A DNA stretch of 63,655 nucleotides, the filler included, from Octopus bimaculoides (lineage: Eukaryota): the NCBI RefSeq assembly GCF_001194135.2. It is 6 parts of 5 records of this genome, joined end to end, with 100 filler letters (N's around TTAATTAATTAA, not from the genome) between each part and the next. Parts side by side here need not be neighbours in the genome. Positions count along the whole stretch, not along the records: positions 61,858 to 63,655 come from NW_026420255.1; 5 more parts are not named here. One strand, 5' to 3'. Positions 63,065-63,655 of this stretch are shown here, one piece after another (the stretch's first letter is position 1; each line of letters opens with the position of its first letter). The notes beneath the pieces were generated by a model that made no database searches, was not told the DNA's origin, and worked only from the letters and a program-made list of their open reading frames with translations. The position numbers were made by a program, and so were the translations under genes.

Positions 63065-63655
63065 TTTAAGCATTCCATATAACCACTTGTAACTGTTTCT
63101 TTTATTTTGGGGGAGTCTCAGAAATCTTTTACGAATTTGTGTTCCACACGAGAATTCATACAATTACGCAAAAGGAAAAAGCAAAACATTTTGCATGTGA
63201 TTAGAGACTAGTTGGCTATTGTTTTTAGCACATTTCGCGACCACCTGATACCCTCCTTGTTTGTCAAATTGAAGTATCGATGTTTTTCAATATATTTCTC
63301 CTCATAAACACATTTGATGGTCCATTACTGGGATTTAAGCCAAATAATTGCTTAAATTTGCTTCCATTGCCTCCTGTCCCCCTCCCATCCAAGTCCCACT
63401 ACCAAGGTTCATATATTTGCACCTGGCTTTAAGCATTCCGTATAACTCCTCATAACTTTTCCTATTTTTTGGAATTTTCTGGATATTTTTACGAATTTGT
63501 GTTCCACACACGAGAATTCATATATTTAGGAAAACACAAAACGAAAAAATGTTGCATGTAATTAGGAGCTATTTGGCTGTTGTTTTTAGCACATCTTATG
63601 ATAGCTTCCTTGTTTATCACTCTGGTGCCTTGATGTTTTTCAATGTCTTCTTTCT
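63065..63655. repeat. Diverged tandem duplication with about 363-bp period
   Basis: TTTAAGCATTCC...TTTTACGAATTTGTGTTCCACAC...GAGAATTCATA...TTGGCT.TTGTTTTTAGCACAT...GATGTTTTTCAAT at about 63066-63295 and 63429-63648. Confidence 0.85.

Overview
AT-rich, gap-riddled animal genomic scaffold with very dense (TA)n/(CA)n/(GATA)n/trinucleotide microsatellites and three recurring tRNA-derived SINE families. This repeat landscape is typical of octopus/coleoid cephalopod DNA (inference, not proven). I recognise no complete host protein-coding gene, and almost all listed ORFs are gap or microsatellite artefacts. What can be identified are transposon fossils: R4/Dong-type RLE LINE pieces (16.4 kb, 43.7-45.7 kb, 58.1-61.3 kb), a HERO-type LINE nested inside the last one, a Penelope-like element, a CR1-group LINE 3' end, a D,D34D mariner, an intact hAT MITE with an 8-bp TSD, and a TA-flanked long-TIR MITE. 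Best leads: vestigial hammerhead-ribozyme skeletons in two repeat types, the HERO-in-Dong nesting, a 133-bp perfect inverted duplication plus SINE fold-backs (candidate ADAR substrates), a degenerate palindromic minisatellite, and several unconfirmed splice-bounded exon candidates on both strands. Five 100-bp spacers (44N-TTAATTAATTAA-44N) are assembly joins, so long-range adjacency is uncertain.
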